Shown here in pieces: positions 41,376-55,699 of a stretch of DNA of 64,000 nucleotides. The stretch lies in NCBI GenBank assembly GCA_013239625.1, contig MU053645.1:1232274-1296273 (forward strand), given 5' to 3'. Source of the DNA: Lama guanicoe (lineage: Eukaryota). The notes beneath the pieces are model-generated. The model saw nothing but the letters and a program-made list of their open reading frames with translations, was not told where the DNA came from and ran no database searches. How positions within the stretch are numbered: position 1 is the first letter of the stretch; each line of letters opens with the position of its first letter. The translations under genes and the position numbers were made by a program.

Positions 41376-42069
41376 TTTTAAAATCTTCCTAGCAGCTCTG
41401 AAGTCCCAGTTTAGGCTGTAGACCATGCACTGGTTGTGGCACTGGTCCTGATGGTGTGATTTTTTTTTTCCTAGAGTTCAGCCATAGATATCAGAGCATC
41501 AAAAGTGATAGATTGATCCAAGAATGAGGAGTGTTCTGGGAAGGCTTAGTGACAAGATGATTCTAGGGTTAGATAAGGCTAGCAAGAAAAGCATACTACA
41601 AGATTTAGGCTGAATAAGAAAAAGTAGTTACACAAGGGGGTTACGAGATTTCTCACTAGGTTCAACTTGGAAATAATTATTCACTTTAGACTTTAAAACA
41701 AAAGTCTCTGGGCTGTTCCCATTATGCCTTTCAGCTACAAAATACAATTATCTTTCTATCAATGGACTGCAAGTACAACCTTCAAATAATAAATGGGCTT
41801 TTTTTAATTAATATGTGCCATGGTACTAATGTCTTAGATTACTTAAAAAAAATCAAAGCATTAAGAGGGTTATGTCCACAGCTCAATCTGAAGTTTTAAT
41901 TCAATTTTTATATCATGTATCTTTGTAATTATAGAAGTAATATATCCTAATTGTAGAAAATTTGAAAGCTACACAAAAGAACTAAAAATGACCTGTTACA
42001 GCAGCATGCAGGAAAAACAAAATAAATTACTTTAGCATACATAGAGAGATATACTTTTGTATCATGTTT

Positions 42070-42312
42070 AAATTCATGGGTTCTGGAGCTAGACTGGCTG
42101 GGTTCTCATGCCATAACAGTCGTTTCAAACACTTTGTGACTTTAGGCAAATTACTGAACTCCTTGATGTCTCAGTTTCCTCTTCTGAAAATAGTAATAAA
42201 AATGCTACCTATCTTCCAATGAGATAGGTTATGAGAAAATGAGTTTATATATATACAGCACTTAAAACAGTGCCCAGAATAAGTCCCTCGTAGAGGTTAG
42301 CTACCATTACTG
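42070..42312 (+). repeat. MIR SINE
   Basis: ggttctggagctagactggctgggttc...tgtgactttaggcaaattactgaact...tctcagtttcctcttctgaaaat...cagcacttaaaacagtgcc. Confidence 0.85.
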
Positions 42313-43399
42313 TGTGTATATACAGGAGATTTTTGGTCATAGTCCTTGTTCAAATGCAGTGTCAGAACCACCCATTAAAAAGGATATTAAGAGAGAACTA
42401 GAGAGTAGACCTCAGGGAAATGGACTTTTTCATATTCTAAAAAAGCTGAAGGCAAGTATTTTGTCCAGGGACATCTGGGCACCGATCTGGCCGTTTCCCC
42501 AGTTGAGGATTTGGCCTTGTTAATGCTGAGTCTGGTTCAAGAACCAGTAGAGCCTGTTAGTTCTAAACATCCCTTAAATGAAGTACAAAGATTGTTAGTA
42601 CAAGCTTTTTTTTCCCAGAATGGTGACAAAAGCTGAGTATAAAAAACTAATGTTGAAAGGGGGGGAAAAATCAGCTATATTTTTGAGTCTAGCAGGACTA
42701 TTCCCTGTACAGATAGATGGTAGCACTGGCTGCTGTAAATCTACAGGGAACTAGGGACCAGATTAAGTCCATGCTAAGATATGCTGCATCTGCGCCCATC
42801 TTATGAGGTTTTCTCCTTGTCTAATTAAATCAGGAAATTACAATGTGTGGTCCTTTCCCCACCAATCTATAATTCACCAGAAATAACGCAGGTGTTAGAA
42901 ATGGGATGTGAAATACTGCAATAACTATGTATTATGCATTTATAATATAGAAAAATAAGAGTACAAATAACACATTATTTTGGTGTAGTTAGTTGATGGA
43001 AAATTGTATTTTGGAATAAAAATAGGCCTTTCTCATATACTGCAATCACTTATTCCAATTTATCTGTTATTGTTGTATGTTTTAAACATAAACATTTTCA
43101 ATGGTAAGTAAAATGAACTTATTTTTCTTGACTTTTTCTTCCTTTATTTTCATTGTTAGGGAGTCTTTCCAAGTTACTATGATTTTATTCAAGTTATTAT
43201 ATACTTTTTTCCCCTCAGTTATCACTTGAATCCTTCTGAAATTTGCATCTAACCTTGACTAGCTTATTCTGTAAATAAGCATAACTACCACCATGCATCA
43301 AGCATTTGATTATGTACTGAGTTTAGTATATTACATGCATCATATATACTTTTATCATTCTCACTGTATATACAATTAAAAGCACAAACATTTTAAAAA

Positions 43400-44700
43400 G
43401 AAAATCCAAAATCTACCCACCTGTAATTAACATTTTGGTGAACAATTTTCTAATTTTCTATACATTTTCATGTTTATCCGCACATGTAGCAGTATACAAA
43501 TACACAGAAGTATATAGAAATTGAATTATGTTGCTTTGGAACCTACCTTTTCCATTAGATTGTATTTATGGATATATTTCCATATCAATAAACATAGGTT
43601 TACAGTATCTTTAATGTGTACATAGTAATTGGCTAAATGGACACATCCCAATTTACCTAGTCAATCCACCAGTATAGCATTAGGCTGTTTCAGAAACTTT
43701 GTTATGTAAAAAAAAAAAAAAGTTAATGAACATTCTTGTGTATGCTATCTTTCAGCACTTGCATTTATTTTCTTAGAATGAAGTCTTAGTAAAATCGTTA
43801 GCTCATAGAAGGTATGTACATTTTATACTTTTATAGATGGCCAAATAAGCTTTACATTGGAAATGTGCCAATTTAAACAGTGCATTAGATCATCCATACC
43901 CCCCACATTGCTGTTTCGTTAATCTCTTAAACCTTCTCTAATCTGATAGGTGAAATGATTAGTTTTTTTTTTGAAGTCAGTTTGTCTGTTGGTATTACTT
44001 TTTATGAATATTATGTTCATAACTTTTCATTTTTGTTAGGACATTTATTTTGTAATTGATGTGTAGGAGTTCCTTACATATTAAAAATGTCTAACCTTTG
44101 TTATGTCTCATATTTTTTCCTAGTTTGTCATTTTTTCTTATTTTTGCCAAATAGTATTTTTGGAGGTAAAATTTATTAATCTTTTCCTTTAAGTCATCAG
44201 TCTTCATAAAATGATTAGAAAATCTTCCTTAACCTCAAAACTGTAAAAATATGATCAATATAAAATATGTTAAATTATAATTAAATATATAACCCTTAAA
44301 ACATATTCTCTAGTACCTTTACAGTTTAACTTATATACATTTAAATGTGTGACCCAGCTGGGACTTTGATTTAAATAGTGAGTATAGATGTAGCTTTATT
44401 AAACTTCTCCTCGAATGACTAGCCCTGTTCTCCTAACCATATTTATTGAAAAACATTTTCCCCCAACCCATGAATCTGAAATGCCCCTTTACCAGATCTT
44501 AAAATCCATAGCATACTTAGAAATAGTTTACTATTTCCAAAGAAATAAACACCGTTCTGTTACATTGATCTGTCTGCCCCTACACAAATACCACAGTATT
44601 TAATTCTCTCATTTCTAGTACAAGGTATATGTGGAAAGGCAAGTTCCTTAAAATTCTTCAGAATTTCATCTGGAATTTTTTTTTTTTTGGTGTTTCATGT
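43400..44700 (-). mobile_element. Ancient L1 (L1ME-like) fragment
   Basis: Degenerate antisense L1 3' UTR/ORF2 (atttccatatcaataaacatagg; aattgatgtgtaggagttccttacatatt; ccatatttattgaaaa). Confidence 0.6.
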
Positions 44701-44901
44701 GATGTAAATCTCTCATTTTCCCCCTCAAATATAGAGTCAAAGTGACTCCTGTAATGTTACTAGTTTGTGTTCTAAGAGGGAAGGAAAGTCACAGCACTGT
44801 GGCACTGGAGACTGAACAAGTCTCCATAAACCCATGAAATCAGTTTCCTTTGTGAACGTGTTTCTAGGTAGAAATCAATGTGGAGAACCACCGCTGCAGA
44901 A

Positions 44902-45085
44902 CAGCCCTGTCCCATAGAACTGTCTACACTGGACGGGATGCTCTACAGCTGAACTTTCCAACACAGCAATCACAGGCCACATGTGGCTTTTGGGAACTTG
45001 AAGTGTGACTAGTGTGACTGAGGAAAGGAATTTTTAGTTTAATTTAATTGTAATCGATTTAAATTTATACAATCACATGTTTATT
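44902..45085. mobile_element. MER3-like hAT MITE
   Basis: cagccctgtcccatagaact...gccacatgtggct...ttgaagtgtgactagtgtgactgaggaa...aatttaaattt. Confidence 0.75.
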
Positions 45086-45254
45086 TGGCAAAGCATAACT
45101 ATTAAAAAATCACTGCCCTATTATACTGCTTCATAGCATTATTAGCTAATAGAGTTGGCAGTTACCTATTTAACCTGTAACTATCATTTAGATAGTGATT
45201 TTCAGTAAAAAGCTAAGGCTAACACTGAGCTCTCAATGGCAACTCAAATATATA

Positions 45255-45800
45255 AGGGATGCCCCCGTATGCATGGCACTCTGCAGAATAAGAGACAGAT
45301 TAGCCTTCAAGAAATATAAACTTTAGTAGAGGAGATGAAGTAATAAATAATAGCAACGGCTTTATAACAAGGCAAGTACCATAGAAGAGGAATCAACAAA
45401 GTATCAAGAGAGTTCCAAGAAGGGAGAAATTCTTTTGGCTATGGAACATGAGAGAAATTAGGGAGGGCTGCATGGAAGAGGTGGCATTTACGCTGCTTCT
45501 TGAATATGTTCATTCTCAACAGGCAGAGAAGTAGAGATGGTGGGGGCAGGAGGAAGACACTCCTAGGTTAAAAGAATGGCATGAGCAAAGGTACAAAGGT
45601 TATATTGAACAATAGTGATCTAGGTGCAGCTAGATCATCATGTGAGAACAAAGGTAGTGAGAAATAAGGTTGACTAGGCAGGCTGAAACTAAATCTCAAA
45701 GGGTCTCAGATTTCTGTCCAAAGAATCTGGTAGTGACTTTACAGGTAGAAAAGGGAGAATGAAGTCTCTTTAGACTAGTGTCATCTCAGCTCTAGATCTC
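45255..45800 (-). mobile_element. L2 fragment
   Basis: gccttcaagaaatataaactttagtagaggagat...ggctgcatggaagaggtggcattt...ggcatgagcaaaggtacaaagg. Confidence 0.7.
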
Positions 45801-48800
45801 AGAGCAATAATGGATTTGTGGCACTAATAAAATAAAGATTCCCAACTTAATTGCATTACCTTGGGGAAATCACTTAAATATTTGGATCCTTGGTTTCTAG
45901 CTTACGTAATATGGAAGGATCACTCACCTCACCAGTTCTGAACAGTAAGCAAGATAAGGAAAGGGGGAGAGCATTAAACAAAGTTTGAAGCAAGCACAAT
46001 ACAAATGTTAAAAATTCATAACGAAATATAGTGATCTAGCTATTTCTCATAGTGACACACACCAAAGCAGGCCAGGACAAAGCAACCCATCCAGGCATAG
46101 TAAGACTATAACAGAGAGGACTCTAAAACACAGCCTTAAGAATATTTTTTAAAAGGCAATTTCAGCAGGCAAATGGATAGGAGACGATCCATTTGAACCC
46201 CATGTGGGTCCCTGGATGCTTAAAGAATGATAGAATCTTTGGGTTAGTAGCAACAGGTCACCTAGTTCAATCTCACAAATCTGATGTCTGGACTCCCATC
46301 AAATGATTGGCCATGCTGTGTCCGTCCATACCTGCCACGGGGAAGAACTTCTTAGGGTTACAATTCAAGCTATTTAATGTACCAGACAACTCTAACTGTT
46401 AGAAATTCTTGCAGATTCAGTAACAATCCACACCACTTAATTCACTCACTAGGTAGCCAACACTTTTAAGTAAAGAACTAATAAGAGCTTCAGGAAGATT
46501 AGTTCTAATATGCAGAATATGTTGGAGAGCAGACCAGACAGCAGAGAGGTTTTTATAGCAGACCAGGTTAAGAATCTGGAGTGAGGAAAAGAGGGAGGGA
46601 GGAAAAAAGGGAGGAAGAGGGAGGGAGGGAGAATGAGACAGAGAGGAGAGAAGAGGAGAGGGTGGGGAGGAAAGAAGGGAAAAAAAAAAAACAAAGAATC
46701 CAGAGGACTTGACAGGGAGAGGTAGCAATAGGAAAAAGAAAAAGAGAAAACCTATTTCAGAGACAGAACTCGGGCATTTAATAAAGGCAGGATGCATGAG
46801 GCAGGAATGGATAATCATGCGGGAGTCACAGATGATTGAGATTGGTGGGGGTGGGGGGGTCCGATTAGTGTTTGAATACATTTTGCGTGCCAATAAAACA
46901 CCCAGATAAAGGAATAAAGCCAGCCAGTTATAAAGCATTTTGGAACTCAGGAGAAAAACCAAGGAACAGCTACATAAAACTGATGAGATTCAAGGAGAAA
47001 AATAAAGCAAGAAGGAGGCTAAAGCTGGGCTCCTTGGCACAAAGAATATGTATTTAGGTTAATTGATCAATGATTTGGAGCGGTATCCGTGGCTGGGGAA
47101 GCCCAAGAGAAACTGGCCCATGATGGACTCCCTCCGGCGCCTCTAATCTCAATGGGAGCCAGCTCAAAGTGAACCACCCCAAAGAGTCTGAACTCATTGG
47201 TGGCTTTGGCCAAACGGACCCATGCAGTACATCTTTGCATCAGGCCTTTTCGGCCAGGTATGTTTTACTTTGGTAAATCTCTTGACACTGACAGCTCAGA
47301 GTCTAAACTTAGTAAGAGGCTTATTTTCAATTGCTAGCTCAGAATAAATAAATGTTGAGTGTGCAATGTGTGCTTTAATTATCTTTCTCCACCAAGTTGG
47401 CTCTGATCACAGCTTCCCTGTGTAGTCTCAAGAGACAAACCTCAGGGGTTAAGAGTTGTGGGCTGCCGGCTACAGCCAGAAACCAGCCCTGAAAAGCCCT
47501 GTTAGCCCAACCTTGAGCTTAGGTGGTGATTTTTCTTACTTTTCTATGTTATTACTTAAGAGCAGAAACTTGGGATTTTTAAAAATTTCTTCCACTTGGT
47601 CACAGTGCATTTTCACCAAGCTTACAGTACTTTTCAAATGAAGAAGGCAATGTGTACATTCTTCTCACAGTCCTGGCTGCCATCACTACTGCCACAGTTA
47701 CAGAAACACCCAAGTACAAGGGAGAAAATATTTTTTTCTCCTTTAAGTTTCCTCATACTACAACAACCTGTCACAGAATCTACTCAGGCCATCCAGCTGC
47801 ACACAGGGGTGACTTCCTTTAAGGAACAGGTGCAAATACACAATTCTGTTTTACCGAAGTGTATAATCATTTCGACTCTACTTTAACCCATTTTACTTTT
47901 CCAGCCTTTCCTCTTCTCAAATAGAGAATTTTTTACCCTGATCCATTTCAATGAACTATGCAAGCCACCATGATCGATAAAGTGAAGGTTGTTTTAAAAA
48001 AAGGACTGGAATAGTCACTTCATAATCCATCTCTCATAAGAGAGGACTCTTTGGGGCAGATATTAAAGCTCAATAAAACGTCAATGGCTTTGTACCTGTG
48101 GAGACAGCTGTGTGTCAGGTGGGTAATTTGGGATACTCCCCAGGTAGCCACACCATCCATTCACCCTGGCAAGCAGCATATGCTCGCTCGTATGGACTAT
48201 CACCAATTATGGGTAAACAAGAAAGTTCTACTCAGTTAAAGAACCATGTCTCAGGAAATGAATAGATATATCCAAACTCAGATTTTATTTGACCTGTAAA
48301 CACCACAGTTTACACACAGGCACCCCTACGTTCCCCATGCCTGATCAGCACCTTTACCTCTGCATCCAGAGGTTCTAGCCATAGGAGCCTCATAGAAACT
48401 GAAAATGGCCCCATTGCTCAACCTGAGTTACGACCACTCAGAACTCATTGAGGGCAGCTGAGGCTAAACCAGAAAGCCCAGCTTAAATCCCCAGCCCTTC
48501 AGCTCTGAGGGCCCACCCTTGGTGGCTCACAGTCACCGGGACAGCCTTGGTAGCTGCCTGCCCCTGCTTCCCACCAGCTGGGGCTCCGGTGGGTGAACTA
48601 GGATCTTTTGGTGCCACAGCATTTTACCCACATTTAAATGCTTTCTATTTAAATGATCTGCTCCAACTGCGGGCAATTGCAGGCTGTCTAGCCCAAGGCA
48701 GCCCCCAAATTGGAGAGCTCGCACGGTGCGCAGGCAGCTCAGAGCCAGAGCCACCGCATCGGGTCCAGCCACAGCATGGTCCCGTCAGATAGTAGTGGCC

Positions 48801-49849
48801 CTGTAACAGGGGATGCTGTGCAGAGGAGGAGGACAAAGGATGGAATAGGCACAGGTAGGCACTCCCGCTGAAGCCTTGGCCCAGGCACAACTGGGAATTT
48901 CACTCACCTGAGGCCCTGGGGTAACTGCCTACTTACTGTGCGGAGAAGCAAGGAGCGCTGAGAAAAACGCGTTCTGAGCCCCAAGAACCAGCGGAAGCTG
49001 AAGTGCCTGTGACCCAGTTGGCAAAGAGCCCAGGAGCACAGTGTGGAATGGATACCACTGTCCCCAACTCCTCAGGGAAAGACCCTATGGGTGTGGGGAG
49101 TTGGGGTGTCAGTGGGGAAATGGCCCCTACTCCTCCACACCTATCCTGGACACTTAACTCCTTCCCTGCCAGGGGCCCTATAAGTGAAGTAGCCTTCCTG
49201 AGCAGTACTTGCTTGCAAGGCTTCAGGGATAGGTCCTTTCCTCCCTCCCTCGGGTCTGACCCCCACCCACCCACCCTGCGCTGTGTGATGTGTTTAATAA
49301 TCTATGATTTGGCTCCAAAGGTGAGGTTGAATGTACCGGTGGGGAGGGATAAATTATCCCTGAGTAGATTCCCCACACAAACCAAAAAGACCACACCTGT
49401 GGTAGGTTCCAGAGTAGCTTTCATCCAGCATCCCAGCCCCGCCACACCTTTCGTGGGTGGCATGGAGGAAACCTTAAATACTTCTTTCCCCATGTCTCCT
49501 GCAAAGTCCCTGGGTCACAGAGATGGAGGGCAGAGTGCAGGAACTAGGAGAAAACCCTGGAACAGAGAATTCTTACAACACACACTTCCTCTGCCAGGTC
49601 TCCTTGTCAAAGCATTTTTTCTTAAATGTCTGATAGTGACAAATCAAGATAGTTGCTCCAAGTGCGGGCCCAGAGTGGCAAGGTAGGTCACACGTGGTGG
49701 CTGCCCCTCCTTCCCCCTCCCTGGAGTTCCCTTGCAAGGAGTCTGAAGTGCAGCTTAGGAGCTGGTCAGTACTCTCTCTCAAGCAGTGGTTCAAGAGAGG
49801 GTCACTCAACTTGAGACACCTGCTCAAGGGGGAGCAGGGATTCCTGTGG

Positions 49850-52300
49850 GAAAGTAGCCAGGACACCCCAGGGTCTCAGGGCAGGCGGGCAGAGATGGCC
49901 TCAGAGCGCCAGAGCTCTCCCTTGTCTCGCGTTCGCTGGGAATCCCCAGGAGCGGGAGTGCATTGCCGGGGAACCCCTCACTTCTCCGCCCAAGAGCCAC
50001 CTTCAGCCCCATCTCCTCGCCAGTTGCTCTCTTGGCTGCGGGCAGAAATGTGGGTAGAGTCAAAAAGAAGCACCCACTAGGAGAGTGCCTTCTAGGCTAC
50101 AAAGCCCGCGCGCCAACCGCGGAGACCACAAAGATCCAGCCGCGGAAACGCAAACGCACGGGCTCCCGGCACCGGGCGGGCAGGCGCGCGCTCCTCTTCC
50201 CCGGCGAGAAGCCCCTGGCCGTGGGAGCTCTGGTCCCTAAACTTTCTGGGAGGACTGAAGGCGTAAAAGGAGACCGGCAAGCGCGTCCTGGCGCGGGGAC
50301 CAGAGATGCAGGAGAGGCAGAGTCCCTGTTGGCCTCAGCCTGCCTGCTCCCTGCTGTCACCGGAGAGCCCAGCAGGCTAACCCCTGGCCCTCGCCAGCCC
50401 ACTGTCCGATTCTGAGAATGGGCATTACCTCTGAGTCTTGCGAAACAGCCGGGGACGTCCAGCAGGGCTCAAGCGTGCAGTTCCATGTCCAGGGCGAGAT
50501 GGAAAGCTGGGTTCCAGAGAGCGCGGGCTCGAGCTTCCCGGTCGACCAGGGAGGCTGCCCCAAGGCAAGGGGGCTGGAGGAGGCGTGGGGAAGACGCTGT
50601 CTTCCAGAGCGGCGGGCAGGGCAGCCCCGCCTGTTTTCTCCACTCCCCCTCCTAGCCCAAGAGGACGCTAGGAAACTTCTCCCGCCCAGGAAAGCTTTCT
50701 AGAGTTCAGCAGAGCCTCTGTGGACTTTTCGAGGGAGCCGGACAGGGAGAGGTTAAAGAGGGTTCCTAAATCACTCGGCTCCTACGCTAAAATGGCAGGT
50801 TCCGCCTCTTGGCTCCGTGGCCAGACTCTCCTAAGTCGCCTGCCTCTCAGCCTCTTCCTTCTTCGAGACTTTGCTTCGGAGCAGCCTTGCTCCAGCTCCA
50901 CCTTTTTTTGGCCAAATGGTGCACCGCGGGACGCAGGCGCCTCAGTCCGTGGCCCTCACGCCCCTCACGAGGCACGCACTTCCCAGAGGGCAACAGTCCT
51001 ATATCCCTGGCGGCAGCGCGGGCGCAGTTGCGAACTCTGCCTGCCCGCTGCTCCAACCTTGCCCGGGAACCTCCAACCAGTGCGCAAAAGCCTATATATT
51101 TGCCCTAGCTCCGAAGAAGGAGCGGTACCCGGGAAGTGAGCTCCGGGCTCGCCTCACATCCTGCCGCCGCCTCCAAAATACGCCTAGAGTGGGGGTAGGA
51201 GGATAGTGGAAATCACTAACATCTCCATCGCTAACAGTTTGGTGCCTCCAGGCTGACTGATTACACCGGGGAGGAGGTGGGGATTAGAGAACTGCTCCGG
51301 CGCGTCACGGAAAAGGGTTACTGCTGCTCCTCCTCCTCTTCCACACCCCTCTGGATTTGGGAGCGCGGAGTGGGAGAGTGGGAAAGGATGCCAAACTTCC
51401 CTCTTCTTTCCTGGGAGAAGGAAAGCGCGTCCCAGCAGCGCCGTCTAGCGTCCGTACCAGAATAGGCCGGCCTACAGGGTTGGAGCGAGCGCTGAACCGA
51501 GTGAGCGAAGGCGGGGAAAGTCACTAAGCGAAGTTTTTCAGCTATCCTGGTCCCCAGTTCCACCCACTGAACAGGTTATCTAGTCCAGCCAGGAGTTCAC
51601 CTGCTTAGTTAACCCTAGGTCAGAACGTAATATTAAAAACAAAGGCCACCTAATTGTATCCATAATATGAGCTTTGTAGTACCAGCGAGAATTCTTTTCC
51701 ACCCCTCCCACATTAGAGATTCTTAAGTCTCAGGGTCTTTCAGCTCCGCCAGGGAGGGCAGGGACCCTTGGATGGGCTCGGAGACAGAACCCGGGCCGTG
51801 ATTGTTTATGCTGCGCGTCTGAGGCTCACCGGCGGTACTCCTGACCAACTGAGTCTCCAAGGTCACGCAGCCCAGGAGCTCCTCTCTTTAAGAGTGATGG
51901 GGAGGGAGGGACTACGACTCAGGAACTGATAGGGTTTGAATTGTAGCAGATTAAGAGACCCGTTTCCACGCCAGGTATCTCCCAGAGCGTTCTGCTTGGC
52001 TCACGGGCGCCTTGCTGTTAACACACTTAACAGGATTGCTCATTTAACGGGTCAGCTGAGCGCTATGCTTCAGCATTTGCTGCTGCGCTGGGCTCCTGTT
52101 AATTTGTCTTTCTCTAAGCTTTCTCCAGCTGTTCTTCTGAGGCTGCTCCACCGCTCTGCATTAGCTACAAAGAACGAGCGAGCAAGCCAAAGACGGAGAT
52201 GCAGACAAGGACCGAGAGAAAACAACTGAGCGCTCCGAGCCTTCCGTTCGCTTCCTTGGCCGCATGGCCTCCATACACCATCCCCTGGACTTCTAAGACC
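49850..52300. promoter_or_regulatory. CpG island, probable promoter of an unidentified gene
   Basis: Abrupt switch to GC-rich, CpG-dense, repeat-free sequence (gcgcgc, ccgcgg, GC boxes such as ggcggg); no recognisable coding exon. Confidence 0.85.
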
Positions 52301-53604
52301 AAGCCTGTACAGAATTAAAGTTACTATCCCTCTCTTGCCTCTCATGAAAAGTTTATGTATTTTTCCCCCGTTGACCACCTCTCGCACGTATCAAATCCCA
52401 TGAAATCCTACCCTGGAAAACTTCTGCAATTGAGGCTAAGTCGGGGAATTGAGAGAGCCCAGGTGTGGAAGGAAAGGTCCTTTGGGCAGGAACCAAGTTC
52501 TCCCAGGTTTTTGTTGTTTATATGCACGCGATGGTGGGGGGGGGTGCTGTAGTTTTGAAACGGAAAATGTCCTGTAGTTTCTGCTTCTGTTTTCTAACTG
52601 CTCCTCTATTCTGATAAAAGCCTATTCTTCCGATGGGAACTAAGCCAGTTCTCCCTTGCTCTTTGCTACATAGCTCATGTAAGCGTCCCTCTGCCTGCGT
52701 GCTTGCCCTGAGCAGTCCTCATCACCACTTCCAGCTGTCCAGCCCCACCGATATTAGTGTTACTCCTGCTCAATACTAAGTGCTTCCAACAAGCCAGGAA
52801 TTGCAACAATACAGGGTGGAAGAACACCACCCCCTCACATTTCACTTTCCTGGTTGGGAGCCTGGTACCTAGTCTTACCTTGAGCATAGCCACGCCCTCA
52901 TGCCCCAGACCTGAGCTGAGCAGCTAAGCTGTCAGGTGAAACCATTTGGCCAAAGTGGGAGGCCTCTCACTTACATTACGGTGTTAAAGAGCCAGCATTC
53001 AGGAAGAGAGGAGCTCATTGGGAATAGCAGCCAGTAATATCCCTAAGCAAATTGTCAAGTAGAAAACACATTTTTAAAAAAATAACAAAACAAAAAACCA
53101 AAATACCCTCTTCCTGTCCTGTTGATTCCTTTTATCATCTTTCTATGTCCAGTTCCACCCAATTTCACTCTAACGCCCAGTGCCTTTATGTATCCAAGTT
53201 CTGTACTGCCTGCCCCATCAAAACTTACTCTCCTGTGTACCTACCATTCTTTCAGTACTCCTTCTGCTGATGACAACAGTTGGTGTTCCAGTCTGATAAA
53301 GGCTTAACTAATCTAGCTAACCTTACTCCCCTGGGTAACATCCACCTGTCACCAGAGGTTTAAGAAGTCTTTCCAGAATTGAGGATGTAAGGCACTATGG
53401 CAGATCAGTGGATTTTCTTTGGTACCCATCAAAGAGGGCTGCTCTTTGGCCTATCCTACTGGTCTGGTTTATGGTTAAATGAAGCAATTGCAAAAGAGTT
53501 GAGGAATATATGAATAAAGAGACCAAGGAGGAACAAAATGCCAAGAAAATGGGGACAGTACCACTGATCTCTCAAAAACAATTTAGTGAGACTTTATGGT
53601 CTAG

Positions 53605-53772
53605 GGCCTTGCTCCTCAAAGTGTTATCCATGGACCAACAGCATTGGTTGATGCCCCAATTCTGTTATAAATGCAGAATCCTGGGCCCCACCCCCAAAAT
53701 TACAGAATCAGAATCTTTGCTTTAACAAGATCCTCAGGTGATTTCAGACATATTAACGACTGAGAAGCATTT
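53605..53772. mobile_element. MER5A-like MITE
   Basis: tgctcctcaaagtgttatccatggaccaacagcatt...aaatgcagaatcctgggccccacccc...tttaacaagatcctcaggtgatt. Confidence 0.85.
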
Positions 53773-54559
53773 TCAAGAAAATCTTTCAAGTCTGCCTAGC
53801 CCAAGAAAGGGCAGTTAGTGTAATGACCCAAGGAGCTAAAAATAGGATCTGGGATCACCATTGTCAGATGATAAATATCTGATAAAGAGCAAGGCCAGAA
53901 TCATATCTGTTTAGACCAATTAGGCCTAATCTATTTCACAACTAAGGACTATATATCAAGTTATGGTTAGCATCCCTGCCTACACATGGCCTTTTTGCAA
54001 AACTGCCCTTAGTTACATGAAGATATAGGTGAGAGTATGGCACAGCTTAATATAATTCAATCACGACTGCTGAATAAAGAAATCAATTCCCATGTTCCAC
54101 TAGGGTAGAGTCAGTATCATGTTCTTCCTAATAATATTAAGAACAGGACTTTATAAAGTTCGGCAAATTATGGGCATTCGATATATGCTCCCTAATTAAT
54201 GGTGAGAAGAGGTGATAACCATTTGGTGAAGCCAAAGCTCTTTAAGAAATTAACAATTGGGATAAGCAGCTTTGCAAAAAAAACATAACCAGAAAATTTG
54301 CTGAATCTTATATTTTCCTAAGGCAAAATTCAAAGTTACTTGTGAGGATACTAAGGTGAGACTAGAGAACAGTTATTGTCTGCTTACTTACCAGGTGCCT
54401 CATATACTTGATTTTATTTCATCCATGCTCCTAGACCTGGCTGATGGCCAAAATGACTGGTTTAGCACCTTGTTAAAGATTCCTAGAACTATGCCCCAGA
54501 TCTATTAAATCCGAAACTCAAGGAGAGAACCTCCTCAGGTGGGAAGTACCTTTTTAGCA

Positions 54560-55010
54560 AAACTTAAAACCCACGAACCATAAGAAGAGATTGATAAATT
54601 TTACTGCATACTAATTAAATAGTTCTGCAAAGGAAAAAAAAAACACCATAAGCAAAGTCAAAAGACAAACCATAAACGGAGAAAAATTGCAACAACTCAA
54701 AGAGAGAATTTTATTATATATAAAGGGCTCTGACAAATCAATTAGAAAAATAATCAACACAACAGAAAAATAGGTAAAGGACATGACTAGATATTGCAGA
54801 GTTAAAAATGTGAATGGACATGCATACATGGAGAAATAACTGTAAACTAAACCATAGTGACAAAGAAGAAATGTTCCATAGGATGCAGCATTGACGAGCA
54901 TGTGAGGAAACAGACCCTCTTTTTCAGTTAGCTCAAGTGTAAACTAGCGTGACCTCTTTGGAGAACAATAGGGCAATGTCTGTTGAAACTACTGATGTGA
55001 ACCGATTCAC
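54560..55010 (+). mobile_element. Ancient L1 fragment
   Basis: attgataaattttactgcat...accataagcaaagtcaaaagacaa...tgtgaggaaacagaccctct...tctttggagaacaatagggcaat. Confidence 0.7.
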
Positions 55011-55179
55011 CATACATGTACTCATACATAAGATATTTCTGAATGACTACGCAAGAAATTGGCAACAGTGGTTGTTTTTTGGAAGAAGGGGTGACTGGCA
55101 ATGTGAGGTGAGATTACATTTTATAATGTATTATGGGGGAACACTGGAATTTTTCACACCCTCACTGTTAAAGAATTAT

Positions 55180-55588
55180 CCATTTTCACCCTTTACCTTG
55201 TGACTTTGAGTGCCTCCCACTAGAGTTAAAGGAGCCTATTTCCCTCACTCCACTGTGATTGGCCACATGACTTGCTTTGACCGAAGGAATATTAACAGAC
55301 TTGATGCTAATGGTTTGGCTCCTCATGCTTCTGCTACCCACCAGTAGTCCTGGTACCTCCTGGTCCAAAGAGAATGATAAGATGCATGGACTAAACCTGA
55401 AACCAGCTCAGAGTGTGGGGTCAAACCCAGGTAGCCCAAATGAGATCAGGTGAACCCAAACTGACTTACAAACCAAGCTGACTTACAAACTTGTGAATAG
55501 GAAACAAATGTTTATCATTGTATGGCATTGACACATGGGTGTTTTTTAATCATAATATATTATTACAACAGTAACTGACTAATGCAAT
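55180..55588 (+). mobile_element. Old MLT1-type LTR
   Basis: ttccctcactccactgtgattggccacatgacttgctttgacc...cctggtccaaagagaatga...acaacagtaactgactaatgca. Confidence 0.65.
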
Positions 55589-55699
55589 TCCCTTTTGCTT
55601 AGAAATATTTATCATGTATATGTTATTTTCCACCTAACAAGTATTTTTTAAATCACAAAGAAATTAATTACCTATCATTAGGACATGGATTGAATAAAC

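Noticed and set aside
46417..46962. 181-aa minus-strand ORF
   Set aside because: Produced by the GA-rich low-complexity tract at ~46580-46750 (runs of F, S, P, L) within old repeat-derived sequence.
49003..49686. 227-aa plus-strand ORF and the many overlapping ORFs at 48.5-52.5 kb
   Set aside because: Non-ATG starts, P/G/S/R-rich, no recognisable domain; long frames on both strands are expected in GC-rich CpG-island sequence.
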